From Paraspadella gotoi (Eukaryota > Animalia > Chaetognatha): 64,000 bases of DNA. The DNA lies in NCBI GenBank assembly GCA_051294375.1, contig JBJCIZ010000239.1, positions 4,196,753-4,260,752 of the forward strand, in the 5' to 3' direction. The translations under genes and the position numbers were made by a program. Position 1 is the first letter of the stretch. Each line of letters opens with the position of its first letter. The notes beneath the pieces are model-generated. The model was not told where the DNA came from and searched no databases. It saw nothing but the letters and a program-made list of their open reading frames with translations. Shown here one piece after another: positions 42,000-54,705 of the stretch.

Positions 42000-43127
42000 A
42001 CAATTCTTAACTTTTTCAGAGTGAAACTCCTTCAGTAAGAAAAACACAGAATATGGTNNNNNNNNNNNNNNNNNNNNNNNNNNNNNNNNNNNNNNNNNNN
42101 NNNNNNNNNNNNNNNNNNNNNNNNNNNNNNNNNNNNNNNNNNNNNNNNNNNNNNNNNNNNNNNNNNNNNNNNNNNNNNNNNNNNNNNNNNNNNNNNNNNN
42201 NNNNNNNNNNNNNNNNNNNNNNNNNNNNNNNNNNNNNNNNNNNNNNNNNNNNNNNNNNNNNNNNNNNNNNNNNNNNNNNNNNNNNNNNNNNNNNNNNNNN
42301 NNNNNNNNNNNNNNNNNNNNNNNNNNNNNNNNNNNNNNNNNNNNNNNNNNNNNNNNNNNNNNNNNNNNNNNNNNNNNNNNNNNNNNNNNNNNNNNNNNNN
42401 NNNNNNNNNNNNNNNNNNNNNNNNNNNNNNNNNNNNNNNNNNNNNNNNNNNNNNNNNNNNNNNNNNNNNNNNNNNNNNNNNNNNNNNNNNNNNNNNNNNN
42501 NNNNNNNNNNNNCTCTTCCCTTATTTATCCCTTTCTCATCCACAAAGAAATTAGTTTTCCCTACACAAGAAGCAACTTTGTCTTTTTTAAATTTTTCGTC
42601 AGAAATTTTAATCTTTTTTAAAAAAGGATTAATAAACTAATATTTTTAAAAGGTGATTAGGGTTTAAGTATTTTTTGTTTTGTTTTTTTATTTAATAACC
42701 AATAACTAATATTTTTTTATCACGCATTAGCAATGTGATCGCACTGTGTTTACATTAAAAAAGGTCAACAAAAGGAAGACATCACATCGAATTCTCTTTC
42801 NNNNNNNNNNNNNNNNNNNNNNNNNNNNNNNNNNNNNNNNNNNNNNNNNNNNNNNNNNNNNNNNNNNNNNNNNNNNNNNNNNNNNNNNNNNNNNNNNNNN
42901 NNNNNNNNNNNNNNNNNNNNNNNNNNNNNNNNNNNNNNNNNNNNNNNNNNNNNNNNNNNNNNNNNNNNNNNNNNNNNNNNNNNNNNNNNNNNNNNNNNNN
43001 NNNNNNNNNNNNNNNNNNNNNNNNNNNNNNNNNNCCTTTTCCTCCTCCTCCTCTTCCTCCCCCTCCATATATCTTCAAGATAACTTCGCGTGAAATTGGC
43101 TGAAAAAAAAAAGGTTATTGTTAGGGT

Positions 43128-43189
43128 AAACAAGTTTGAGCAAACAATGTCGGATCTGCCCACGATAATTAAGCGGTAATAAGCTAAAC

Positions 43190-43221
<32 letters not shown>

Positions 43222-43823
43222 ACTATAGTAGAAATAATTACAAATAAAGTACAAATATTTTTTTATTTTTTCAACTTGCATCATTCTTTCAACTTGCATC
43301 ATTTTTTTAACTTGCATCATTCTTTTAACTCGCATCCTTTTTTCAACTTGCATCATTTTTTCAACTTTCATCATTTTTTCAACTCGCATCTTTTTTTCAA
43401 CTTGTATCTTTTTTTAACTTGCATCATTTATTAATTAATTAATTTATTAATTACTTAATTAAATAATTAATTAATTAATTAATTAAAACATTCATGAGCA
43501 AGCATAAATAATAAAAATTCAAGTTGTCTTGACTTTAGTTTTTTCCATGCAAACTCATTTCCACCCCTCGATTCCATCGAAACTTTATATCCTGCTCATG
43601 CTCAATAACACACTTTTTTACTCACACTCAAAATTTCAACCCATTCTATCCATCCAATTATGAATAAATCGATTAATTATATATTAAAATTATTAAGGAG
43701 ATTCAAATAAAAATGACTTATGTTTTTCAGACAGACAGACAGACGGACGGACGGACAGACGGACGGACGGACATCGTTTTTTTCACGTCGAGACCCGCAC
43801 GACGGCGCCATCGTGTGGAAAAA
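43128..43823 (-). mobile_element. Non-autonomous Helentron-associated / DINE-1-like element (HINE)
   Basis: On the minus strand: T-run, subterminal hairpin ccacacgat...gtcgtgcgg, (GTCY)n microsatellite (43730-43772), internal 18-bp tandem array, subterminal inverted repeat atcgtggg, 3' hairpin gtttg-ct-caaac, end CTTGT|TT. Confidence 0.65.
43265..43428. repeat. Nine tandem 18-bp units TTTTTTCAACTTGCATCA
   Basis: Directly countable head-to-tail units with no spacers; source of the MMQVEK pseudo-ORF. Confidence 0.9.
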
Positions 43824-45239
43824 GGCTGAAGTCGGATAACTGATTTTTCTTCTCTCAGTACGACTCAGTGCTTAAGTGACTACGTCATCTCCCTTTTCTT
43901 GTCTGACTCGGCCTTTTGGTTCGTCTCTTTCCTATCTTTTTCTCTCCTTTTTTTTCTTATTTCACTTTAATATTTTAATTTTTTCTATTTTTTCTTCCTT
44001 CTAATTTGGCTATTCTTTTACACCCTTACTATCAAGCTTTCCTTTGCTCATTCTCCGTACTGGCACCTACTTTTCGTCTTCGTTAATTGCATCTTATGGT
44101 GCTCTTCTCTCCTCTTTTCTCCCCTAGAGAGTCTTCTTTCTCATCTCTCTATCTCCTTCCCTTCTCTTAATATCTCATCTGTTACTTCCTCTTATGTGCT
44201 ATATATTTGTTTCTCCGCATTTGCTTCTATTCCACTCCTTAACAAATCACATTACCTCCCATTTCACTATCTTTATATTCTTCTCTCTTTTCAATAACTT
44301 TACAAACGATCATAAATTTCTTAATAATTCTTTTAATAAATAACCTAAGTTCTTTATCCTGCCCTCTTCCAATAAATTCAACTTTTTCTCTTAATCCAAC
44401 ATTCAAATATTCTTTTCAATTATCATACACAATAGTCACCTTTCCCTTAATATGGTCTAACTTCTTTCCTTCCCACTCATTTCCGTCTTCACCACCTCTC
44501 ATCTCCTCTTTCCCAGCCTTCATAACGTGTTTTGAACTTTATATCTTTTCAGCTTTAAGCGCAATCACTAATCTGTACAAGGTTCTTCCATCTATCATCT
44601 TCTACCTAACTAAAATTAAGACTCATCTAGATTAAAAACCCAAGTAATCAAAGATTGTGAGCACGAAATTTTTGTGGATAACTACAAAATGAAAGTAGGT
44701 CAATAACAATAAACCAATATACTTCTCAAATTACACTTGTGTTAAATGAGTCAATATATTGAATGCCAGGAACTATTCATCTTTTTTTTCAAATATCGCA
44801 ACTCCCTAAATTTTTCTTGTTATTTCCACTGTTCTTTTTTGTAATCACATCAAACTCACTTGCACACTCATTTTTTTTTAAAAAACTGATATACTTAATT
44901 TATTAATTTATTAAATTAAAAATTAATATTTCATAAATTAATTATTTAAACATCCTCTTTCTTGCCTCATACACCCTTCCCGCTCTCCCGACGTTCAAGT
45001 CGCCCACCCTAATAAAAAAGATCCATGAAAAATTTCATTTCGGAAGTGTTTTGACCTATTGGGTGTTTTTTTTTTTTCCATGTAAAATCACTCATTTCCC
45101 CCCAACTACAGAAGACCCACCCCCTATCGATTCCATCGGAAAACTTTATAAATATTCCTAGTGCTCGATTAAAAGCTCACTATAACCAATTAACCAACTT
45201 TTTTTTTTGTTTTTGTTACTACTCACATTCCTCTCTCAC

Positions 45240-45430
45240 CCGTCCGTTCTGTTGGCTCGTGGGGCGCTTGTCCGTGTAGAGGATCTTGACAGACCCCCTT
45301 TCCACGATCCTGTAAGAAACTTCCGGGTCGGACCCACGACGTGAGATCCTTGGGGAAGATACCGAGATGCTCCCTCGATTGTCGAGACCGGTGTCCCTTG
45401 GCCGCTTTTGGACCAGGACCGGGTCGGTCC
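45240..45430 (-). CDS. Candidate internal coding exon of an unidentified host gene (TDPVLVQKRPRD...SYRIVERGSVKILYTDKRPTSQQNGR)
   Basis: GC-rich 191-nt island in AT-rich DNA; pyrimidine tract + CAG| acceptor, CGG|GTGAGA donor; 2 nt + 63 stop-free codons. Confidence 0.55.
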
Positions 45431-48284
45431 CTGGGGGGGGGCGGCGGGGGGGGAGAAAGGGAGTTGATGTGATTGATTGAATTGAATGATTGATTTATGA
45501 ATTTATTAATTTATTCATCTTTATTTATTTATTTGTTAAATTGAAGAATTGATTGCTTGTTAGATTGAGTCCTCCATGAAATTAGAATCAGTAGAAAATG
45601 TAAAAATTTGATATGGTTCGATTGGTTAATTCTTAGTTGCATTTATGGACTATTCTATTTTACTCTACATTGATTTATTTTTTTGCCAATAACTTGATCT
45701 GATTATTTTTTACTAATTACATTGGATTGATCCTCCTATGATTGAAGACCGATCTTCTTTTCACATTGTTCGATTGAATTGAATGATCGATTAATATTGC
45801 TATTAAATACGTCCTAATTCAAGAAATTCAGCCCCATTGAAAATTGAATTCACTACACATAAAAAATCCGACCAATAAACCCTAAACCCTATAAACCACA
45901 AACACCATAACCACAACCCTCAGGAATACCACCGATAAGCCTCACCGCGTTGAGTGATGGCTGATATAACCGAAATGTGACTTGAGAGTACACACTTAAC
46001 ATATTAATGGAGACAGTGAATCCGGGTACCAGTGAGACGCGCTGATTTATCTTTTTTTGTTAGCTCTTTTGTAGCAATCCCAATAATAATATAACTCGTG
46101 CAATTCCCTCTCGCTACTGTTTTTAATTTGACTCAGGGTGGAACCAGCACCGTCGAGAACGAAGGGAGTTAGGTTGTAAGATAAGAGATGAGAGAAGTTG
46201 AAGGAGCGACTTGAATCATACCCACGAGGAGAATGCATCGTCGCGATTGCATGGGTTGAAGCAGGACAGGAGAGTGGTGGAACAGGATTTAATTGATGGA
46301 GTTGATATAACGGGTTCGATGGAGTTCTATGGAAATGAGGAGTGATAAAATGATAGGGAAGAAAACGAGAATGAAAGAATGATGGAAAGATGATGGTATG
46401 AAATGTTCAAAGATATCCGAGGATGAAGATATTTAAATTTTTAATTTAAATGAAAAAATTTGGAAATAGATTAGAGGATTCGTCATGATTAAATTTAGCC
46501 CAGTGGTTCAATAAGTTTCACAGAAGGTATCGAATCAAACATGAGCATTCGAAGTCAGTTTTTGAAACTCGCAGAGTGTGGGACACAAGTTGGCAAATCG
46601 CATCACTTCAATACATCATTCCAAGACGGACGAGCGTAGCCAACTTGTGTTTTCTCGGCTCTTGTGGCCGCTTTAATACTTGGGCGTGTCCTCATTTTGT
46701 TGTCATAGTTTTATTTTTCTTGTGTTGCGTCTTTTAGATCTATATAGGGCGAAGAGGTTCCTAAGTTCCGCGGACAATATTTTCCAAAAATAGAAATATA
46801 AAACGTTTTCTATTATGTTTATGTATGTTTCTCGTAAATTTTTGTTTTTTATATTATATCATATAATATTATAGTAGACTACACACCCCCCACCTTCATT
46901 TTGGGGCAAAAATAAATAAAAAAAAAAAAAGGGTGACGATTGCGGAGCATTACAGAATGGAGGAAAGGATCAGAGGCGAGAAACGAATGATAACGCAAAT
47001 AATCAAAAAAGAAAACAAAGATGGCAAACAAGTAACGAAACTGGGAGCCGCAAAGCAAAAAAAAAACCAGAGAATATACATATAACCGTTTGAAAGGTAG
47101 AAAAAATGGAAGATGATTTAAGCCTGTGTTGCAACACAGTTCAGTAGGTATTATATAACTGTTTGTGTAATTTTTATTATAGCATAAAATTATTTTTCTT
47201 GCCAAATTGTTTCTAATCCTCCTTTTCCCTCCCTTTGCCTCCTGATAACGAATAATTGAGACAGTGAAACATTTTCCAATTATATATCATTATATTTTTA
47301 ATATATAATTGACAGTTTATAATGTGACAGACTGACAGACCGACCGAAAAGCGTTTTATTGAGGTCGCGTCTCAAACGCGACTGTGAAAAGAAAGAAGGA
47401 AACATATTTCTTCTATTTTCCTTTTTGTTCTTGGCTTCCGTTAAATTCTTTGAACTTGAATATTGTGGAAGAAGAAGGAGGAAGAGAAAGGAGGAGGAGG
47501 AAGGGAGGGGAGGGAGGAAAATATTGGAAAGTATGGACACGGGGTTAAGTTGTTGTTTTGTATAAGGGTTCCGCGCAGGAGTTGGTTCACTGCGCGATAG
47601 GAAGTGGATCTAATATCGAAACCCGCAACGCCGGAATATATTCGTTTTAAAATATTTCTATTTTATTTTTTCTTTTGAAATTAAGAACAAAATGTATAAT
47701 CACACAATGTATAATTCAGAAGTAAATGCGATCGATGAATCGAGGTAATGATAAATATTTCATATTTAAATCATATAAATCAAAAATAAATAAATAATAA
47801 CAAATCACAAAACATTCATTCAATCAATACAACTACTTACTTCAATTCGTTGTAAGACAAGATTCTCTCACATCTCGAGAGGAATAGTTGAGTAATCAGT
47901 AGTAAAAACACTACATAACCAATTATATTAAAAAAGACAATACCCTTTTAACCACAAAAGACCGACATATTTAGGGGTGGGACCCGAGGACCCAACAAAG
48001 ATGAAAAAATTATTATAGAAGTCGGGGANNNNNNNNNNNNNNNNNNNNNNNNNGAGTCGGAATCTGCTGATAAGCAGACCCGACTAAAAACAAGAACTGG
48101 TCGGTTAAAATTGTATGTGCTTACATAATGAGATGAAGTGACTACATGAGTATGAAACATTTTTACAAGCAGCATCTATTGGTCTACTACTTGTCTGTTA
48201 AATTTTAGGTAAAACCATTAAATATTAAACAAAATATGCCACATTTATTTTAGGATGACGTCACCGTAGTTATTTCCCTCTCTC

Positions 48285-48318
<34 letters not shown>

Positions 48319-49307
48319 NNNNNNNNNNNNNNNNNNNNNNNNNNNNNNNNNNNNNNNNNNNNNNNNNNNNNNNNNNNNNNNNNNNNNNNNNNNNNNNNNN
48401 NNNNNNNNNNNNNNNNNNNNNNNNNNNNNNNNNNNNNNNNNNNNNNNNNNNNNNNNNNNNNNNNNNNNNNNNNNNNNNNNNNNNNNNNNNNNNNNNNNNN
48501 NNNNNNNNNNNNNNNNNNNNNNNNNNNNNNNNTCTCTCTCTACCTCTCCCTTTCTCTTCGCTCTCTCTCTTTGCTCTCTCTCTTAACCGTTCCTTTCATT
48601 TTAGCTTAATCGATTAACTTTGAAGAAAATCAATTGCCACGTTGATTGACTGATGAACGGACGGACGGACGGACGGACGGACGGAGGGACGGACGGNNNN
48701 NNNNNNNNNNNNNNNNNNNNNNNNNNNNNNNNNNNNNNNNNNNNNNNNNNNNNNNNNNNNNNNNNNNNNNNNNNNNNNNNNNNNNNNNNNNNNNNNNNNN
48801 NNNNNNNNNNNNNNNNNNNNNNNNNNNNNNNNNNNNNNNNNNNNNNNNNNNNNNNNNNNNNNNNNNNNNNNNNNNNNNNNNNNNNNNNNNNNNNNNNNNN
48901 NNNNNNNNNNNNNNNNNNNNNNNNNNNNNNNNNNNNNNNNNNNNNNNNNNNNNNNNNNNNNNNNNNNNNNNNNNNNNNNNNNNNNNNNNNNNNNNNNNNN
49001 NNNNNNNNNNNNNNNNNNNNNNNNNNNNNNNNNNNNNNNNNNNNNNNNNNNNNNNNNNNNNNNNNNNNNNNNNNNNTCTCTCTCTCTCTCTCTCTCTGAC
49101 TTCTCGTCTTTAGTAACTTTTTATGTTCCTATTGAGCCGCGTCTCGAAGAAAAAAAAATTGGTTGTGATCACGGAGCGCTTGATCCCTCTCAAAACTGTG
49201 GGTTCTCAAATTTACAAACCTCGTTTTTCATTTGAATTTATAACTGCGGTTTATGGCTGTTCTCGGGGTTAATGAAGGTGTCATGCTCATGGGCGAGGTA
49301 AACTTAC

Positions 49308-49343
49308 TCCATTGCACCGACTGCACGATGCTGCTGGTGTTTG
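49308..49343 (-). CDS. Possible 36-nt exon (NTSSIVQSVQW in phase 1)
   Basis: attag| acceptor and consensus |GTAAGT donor; phase-compatible with the 45430 exon. Confidence 0.25.
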
Positions 49344-49548
49344 CTAATTAAGTTAATTACAAACATTATATTACATTAACTATGAGGAATTTAAGTAATC
49401 TTAGGGTTGATAGACAAAGTTTTAAATAAAAGCGTTATTATCTGGTAATGCGGAGGGATGCATGACTCTACCCTTGCCTCTCAAGTACTCAAGTTTAAAA
49501 AATTATATCTTAAAGAAAAGGCGTGAAAGTACAGGAAAAAATACGGAT

Positions 49549-49616
<68 letters not shown>

Positions 49617-50133
49617 TGGGACTGAAGATTTAAAAACAAAAACGGCTGTTTTAAAAATAAATTTTATAAAGAAAATGATTAAAATTATATCGAGGTTCGT
49701 TATTCAATTTACTAAATTTATTAAATTTAATATATGCACACTCTTGATAATTGCTGAGTAGAAAGTAGATACGCTTAAATTTATTAAAAAATAGAATAAA
49801 TAAACCAAAAAAAANNNNNNNNNNNNNNNNNNNNNNNNNNNNNNNNNNNNNNNNNNNNNNNNNNNNNNNNNNNNNNNNNNNNNNNNNNNNNNNNNNNNNN
49901 NNNNNNNNNNNNNNNNNNNNNNNNNNNNNNNNNNNNNNNNNNNNNNNNNNNNNNNNNNNNNNNNNNNNNNNNNNNNNNNNNNNNNNNNNNNNNNNNNNNN
50001 NNNNNNNNNNNNNNNNNNNNNNNNNNNNNNNNNNNNNNNNNNNNNNNNNNNNNNNNNNNNNNNNNNNNNNNNNNNNNNNNNNNNNNNNNNNNNNNNNNNN
50101 NNNNNNNNNNNNNNNNNNNNNNNNNNNNNNNNN

Positions 50134-50168
<35 letters not shown>

Positions 50169-51246
50169 ATGAAGTAAGACATAAATGGTACCCACTTTTC
50201 TTCAGCTACTTAATTCTTTCTCTTTTCTTTCCATGACTTGTNNNNNNNNNNNNNNNNNNNNNNNNNNNNNNNNNNNNNNNNNNNNNNNNNNNNNNNNNNN
50301 NNNNNNNNNNNNNNNNNNNNNNNNNNNNNNNNNNNNNNNNNNNNNNNNNNNNNNNNNNNNNNNNNNNNNNNNNNNNNNNNNNGAGCATTTTTTTAATTTA
50401 ATTCTTCATTGATTTGTAACAAGTTCATATTTCATTTTAATGTTTACTCACAACATCTCTCTTTTAAATTGATAACTTTTTAAAATTGTATTTAATATTT
50501 CNNNNNNNNNNNNNNNNNNNNNNNNNNNNNNNNNNNNNNNNNNNNNNNNNNNNNNNNNNNNNNNNNNNNNNNNNNNNNNNNNNNNNNNNNNNNNNNNNNN
50601 NNNNNNNNNNNNNNNNNNNNNNNNNNNNNNNNNNNNNNNNNNNNNNNNNNNNNNNNNNNNNNNNNNNNNNNNNNNNNNNNNNNNNNNNNNNNNNNNNNNN
50701 NNNNNNNNNNNNNNNNNNNNNNNNNNNNNNNNNNNNNNNNNNNNNNNNNNNATAGAAATAATTTATCTTTCGTAGATTTTTCTTTTCTTTTCGCTCTGGT
50801 GGTTGAATCAGTCATTGCAAGAGAGCGAAGGTGTTTTCTTCCATCTGGTTTGAAAAGATGCAATTGTTTTAGCATCGGCTCATATATCGCCGGCGACATC
50901 GCTATTTGAATACTACAACTACTACAACTACTACAATACTACAACTACTACAACTATTTGAATACTACAACTTAGGCTTTGTCTCTCTGTCGTTCCGTCG
51001 GTCTGTCTATATTTAGATATTGTTTTTTTTNNNNNNNNNNNNNNNNNNNNNNNNNNNNNNNNNNNNNNNNNNNNNNNNNNNNNNNNNNNNNNNNNNNNNN
51101 NNNNNNNNNNNNNNNNNNNNNNNNNNNNNNNNNNNNNNNNNNNNNNNNNNNNNNNNNNNNNNNNNNNNNNNNNNNNNNNNNNNNNNNNNNNNNNNNNNNN
51201 NNNNNNNNNNNNNNNNNNNNNNNNNNNNNNNNNNNNNNNNNNNNNN

Positions 51247-51278
<32 letters not shown>

Positions 51279-51353
51279 AGCACAAAACAAGAGATACAAG
51301 GATAGATAAAAAAATTAGAGTCATTGAATTTTTTGTGTTTTTGGTTTGTGACA

Positions 51354-51490
51354 GAATGAATTAATGAATGAATGAATGAATGAATGAATGAATGAATGAA
51401 TGAATGAATGAATGAATGAATGAATGAATGAGTGAATTTATGAATGAATGAATTAATGAATGAATGATTGAATGAATAAATAAATAAATG
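51354..51490. repeat. (GAAT)n microsatellite
   Basis: Long aatg run with degenerate edges. Confidence 0.95.
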
Positions 51491-52635
51491 AGCTATAAAT
51501 TCTTGGGTCATATTTTACAACATCGCCTCATTTCAGCTTAAATTCAAAATTAAATAAGATTTAATGATTAGGCTTGGCCCAAGGGATAGGGTTAGTTAAG
51601 AATTAGTTTTGAGGATTTGGAGATTTTGTTAAAGATTTGGGTTAGTGATTAGGATTAAAACTTAGGGCGAGTTGGCGATTTGGATTAACGGTTCGAGGTT
51701 AGGGTGAGGGATTAGGTTAGGGTTAAGTAATTATATTTAAAATTAGGGTAAAAGATTTCGTTAAATATTTGATAGAGGTACAGAAAATATTGTAGATTTT
51801 TTAATTAGTAAGACGTACATATTTTGCTTCACCCATATAGAAATGTTTTGATACGAATCGCCCAAAAAATTAAAAAAAAGATAATCAAATATCTAAAGTT
51901 TCTAAACGTTTATTTCTACAAAGGTTTTCGGAGACTAATAAAAAAATTTCTATTAGTTATTAGTGTTTAATTTAAAAACAATTTAATGAGTTTATAAGTA
52001 AAACTACTTAATCTATTATTTAACTCTCATAAGTTGAGGAGGGAGATAAAGCGCACAAAAATATTGTTCAAACATAAAACTGGCCAGAGATAAAATTAGC
52101 TATTCATCCTTAAATAAAGTTAAACATTTTTATTATCAGTGATTAATATTTTAATTTAAATTTAGTTTAGAGATTAAGAACAAATGAGGCGCTTTGGAAA
52201 AACTAGTGCCAAAACTGTAATTTATAGAAAAGAATTTAACTGAACAAAGAATGGAAATTTTAAAATTCGACGGGAAAAACAGAGATAAAAAATAAACGGG
52301 TTATCAACAAGCAGGTGCGGGATGGAAATTCTTTTTGAGAACGGCTTTTATTTACCTATCTTTTATAGCTCTCTCTCTCTCTCTCCTCTCTCCTCTCTCT
52401 CTCTCTTTCTCTCTTTTCCAGTTTTTTCCCCCGCAGTCGAAATAAAAAATAGACGCACCTCGATCCTCTGGGAGGAGAAAAAAAAAAGGAAAAAAAAAAC
52501 CAAGAAAAAAGAAGAGGGAAGGTCACGTTAGCGACCTAGCGACAGAGGCGGAGGAACGGAATATGAAGTTCGACAAAGAACAACTCGTGGGAAGAATAAG
52601 AAAGGCGGAGAAAAAAACAGAGTTTTAAAGGAGAG

Positions 52636-52675
<40 letters not shown>

Positions 52676-53449
52676 TTTTAAAAGACACTTTAACTCAAAT
52701 CATCGGCGGTTACGTGGGGAAGAGGAGAGGAGAGAAGAGAAGAAACAGGGAGGAAGGGAGGAAAGTGGAAAAATAAAGGAGGGGATAAAAAAATGGAAGA
52801 GGGAGGAAGGGAGAAAGAGAGGAAGGGAGGAAAGTGTAGAAGAGAGAAAGGATTGAATAAGAAATAGTAGAGGGAGGAATGGAGGAAAGGAGATAATGGA
52901 GGAAGGAGGGAGAAAGAGAAGATGGGAGGAAAGGAAAAAAGGTCGTGAGGAAAGAATATATAGAATGGGGGAAAATAAGAACCGAGAACATGGAAGGGTG
53001 TCGGGGATAAATTTAAACGCTGAGAAGGTAGAAAAAGGAAAGGGGAAAGGGAGGAAAGAGAGAGAGATAAAAGAGAAAAAAAGACGATAAAGGGAGAGAA
53101 TAACCGGGGGGCACCAAAAAAGGGAGACTTATTTAAATGAATATTTATTTATTTGAAAAACTAAATAAAATCAATCCTCTTTTTAAATTAAAAAAAGTAA
53201 GTGTACTTAAAATATATTTTTTACCCCTAACAATTAAAAAAAACGTGACTTAAGAATTTAGGATTAAAATGGTTGAAAGATTAATTAAACTTATAATTAA
53301 AAATACTTCGGTTGGTTCATCATTTTTAATATTACTTTTATTCCTATAAATTATAATAATTTCTCGATGTTGTTTGGGCCAATTTTTTTTTACTTTTTTT
53401 CTTTTCTCCCATGTGAATTTATTTGGAAAAAGAAGAAACTCAAGAATTC

Positions 53450-53834
53450 ACGTCATTATTTTACAAAATCGCCCCATTTCCGTTGTTAATTCCGGTTTTT
53501 AATTTTTTACTCTTAATATCAGACTATGATACTATTTTTAACTTAATATTATCCTTAATACTATCCTTTATACAATTCCTGACCTTAACCTAATCCTTAA
53601 TCCTTGACTCTAATCATTAATATTAAACTTTAATCCCTCGCCTTACCTTTAGACCTTAATCCCTAATCCTTAACTAAATCTCTTAACCAAATTTTTAATC
53701 AAAACCCAAACCAAATCCTTTTCCAAAATCTTTAGCTTAATTCTTATCCTTAACCCCAAACAAAATTTTTAAATTTATATAAACTTAATTATTAACTTTA
53801 ACTAAAATTGGGTGTCTTTTGGAAAATATGGCCG
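53450..53834. mobile_element. TTAGGG-like-filled TIR element (same family as 1432-1777)
   Basis: Left cgtcattattttacaaaatcgccccatttc; right rc cggccatattttccaaaagacacccaattt; interior (CCTTAA/CCCTAA)-like repeats. Confidence 0.65.
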
Positions 53835-54384
53835 TAATGAGCAATGCGGCGACGCATTTTTATTTGGAGAGTTTTTGGTCGGTCCATTTGGTTTGTCCAT
53901 TTGGTTAATTCAGTTTATTTACCTTGTTGTTCAATGTTCAGTTCAGAAGTTACATTAGAATTCGTAATTAAATTGATCTTTGAATACTGTTGGATATATA
54001 AAGTATTGAATTAAGTCACCACATTTTTCTTACTTCTTTCTAAATCTTTTTATTTTTTACTCTTTCTTATTTTTTCCTTTTCTTTTCCTTTTTTTTCATA
54101 TTTTGGCTCAAGAAATTTGTTATCATCGCAGGCCGCAGTCCGCCGCCGGCCGCCATGCCGCCGCCACCCAAGCAGGCCAGAACCGTTTTTTGCTTTCTTC
54201 TCTCTCTTTCCTCTCTCTCTCTCTCCTGTCTCGCTCTCTCTCCCCATCCCGATCGACTCTCTCTCTCTCTCTCTCGTCCTCACTCTCTCTCTTCCCCCTT
54301 TTTTGCTTCCTATACTAACGAAGAAGATTCCCTCGACTAACGTTGATCTTTTATTTCAATTTCCATTTCAAATGAAAAAAATTT

Positions 54385-54705
54385 TAAATTGAAAAATGAA
54401 AAAAATTATAAATGGAAAAATGGAAAAGTGGAAAAGTGGAAAAATGGAAAAATGGAAAAATGGAAAAATAGGAAAATATTAAAGTGGAAAAGTGGAAAAA
54501 TAGAAAAATATAAAAATGAAAAAATGGAAGATTGAAAAAATGAAAAAAATGAAAAATTGAAAAATAGAAAAAATGAAATAATAAAAAATTGGCAAAAATG
54601 GCCAAAATTGAAAAATTGAAAAATAGAAAAATGGCAAAAATGGGGAAAAATGGGAAATGATAAATTATAAAAATGGAAAAATGGAAAAATGGAAATATAA
54701 AAAAT
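54385..54705. repeat. Degenerate (AAATGGAA)n-like 8-10 bp minisatellite
   Basis: Repeated aatggaaaa/agtggaaaa/attgaaaaa. Confidence 0.85.

Noticed and set aside
43265-43428. CRISPR-like regular repeat
   Set aside because: Head-to-tail units without unique spacers, eukaryotic context, no cas genes.
44000-44870. Possible decayed non-LTR retrotransposon 3' end (purine-rich minus strand, LGSCDI fragment)
   Set aside because: Many stops and no diagnostic RT motif; cannot be supported without a profile search.
46047-46430. Possible degenerate zinc knuckle or GIY-YIG C-terminus (HSPRGYD...FSHLLSY...RELHELYYYW)
   Set aside because: Key Cys and catalytic residues are absent; only a vague resemblance.
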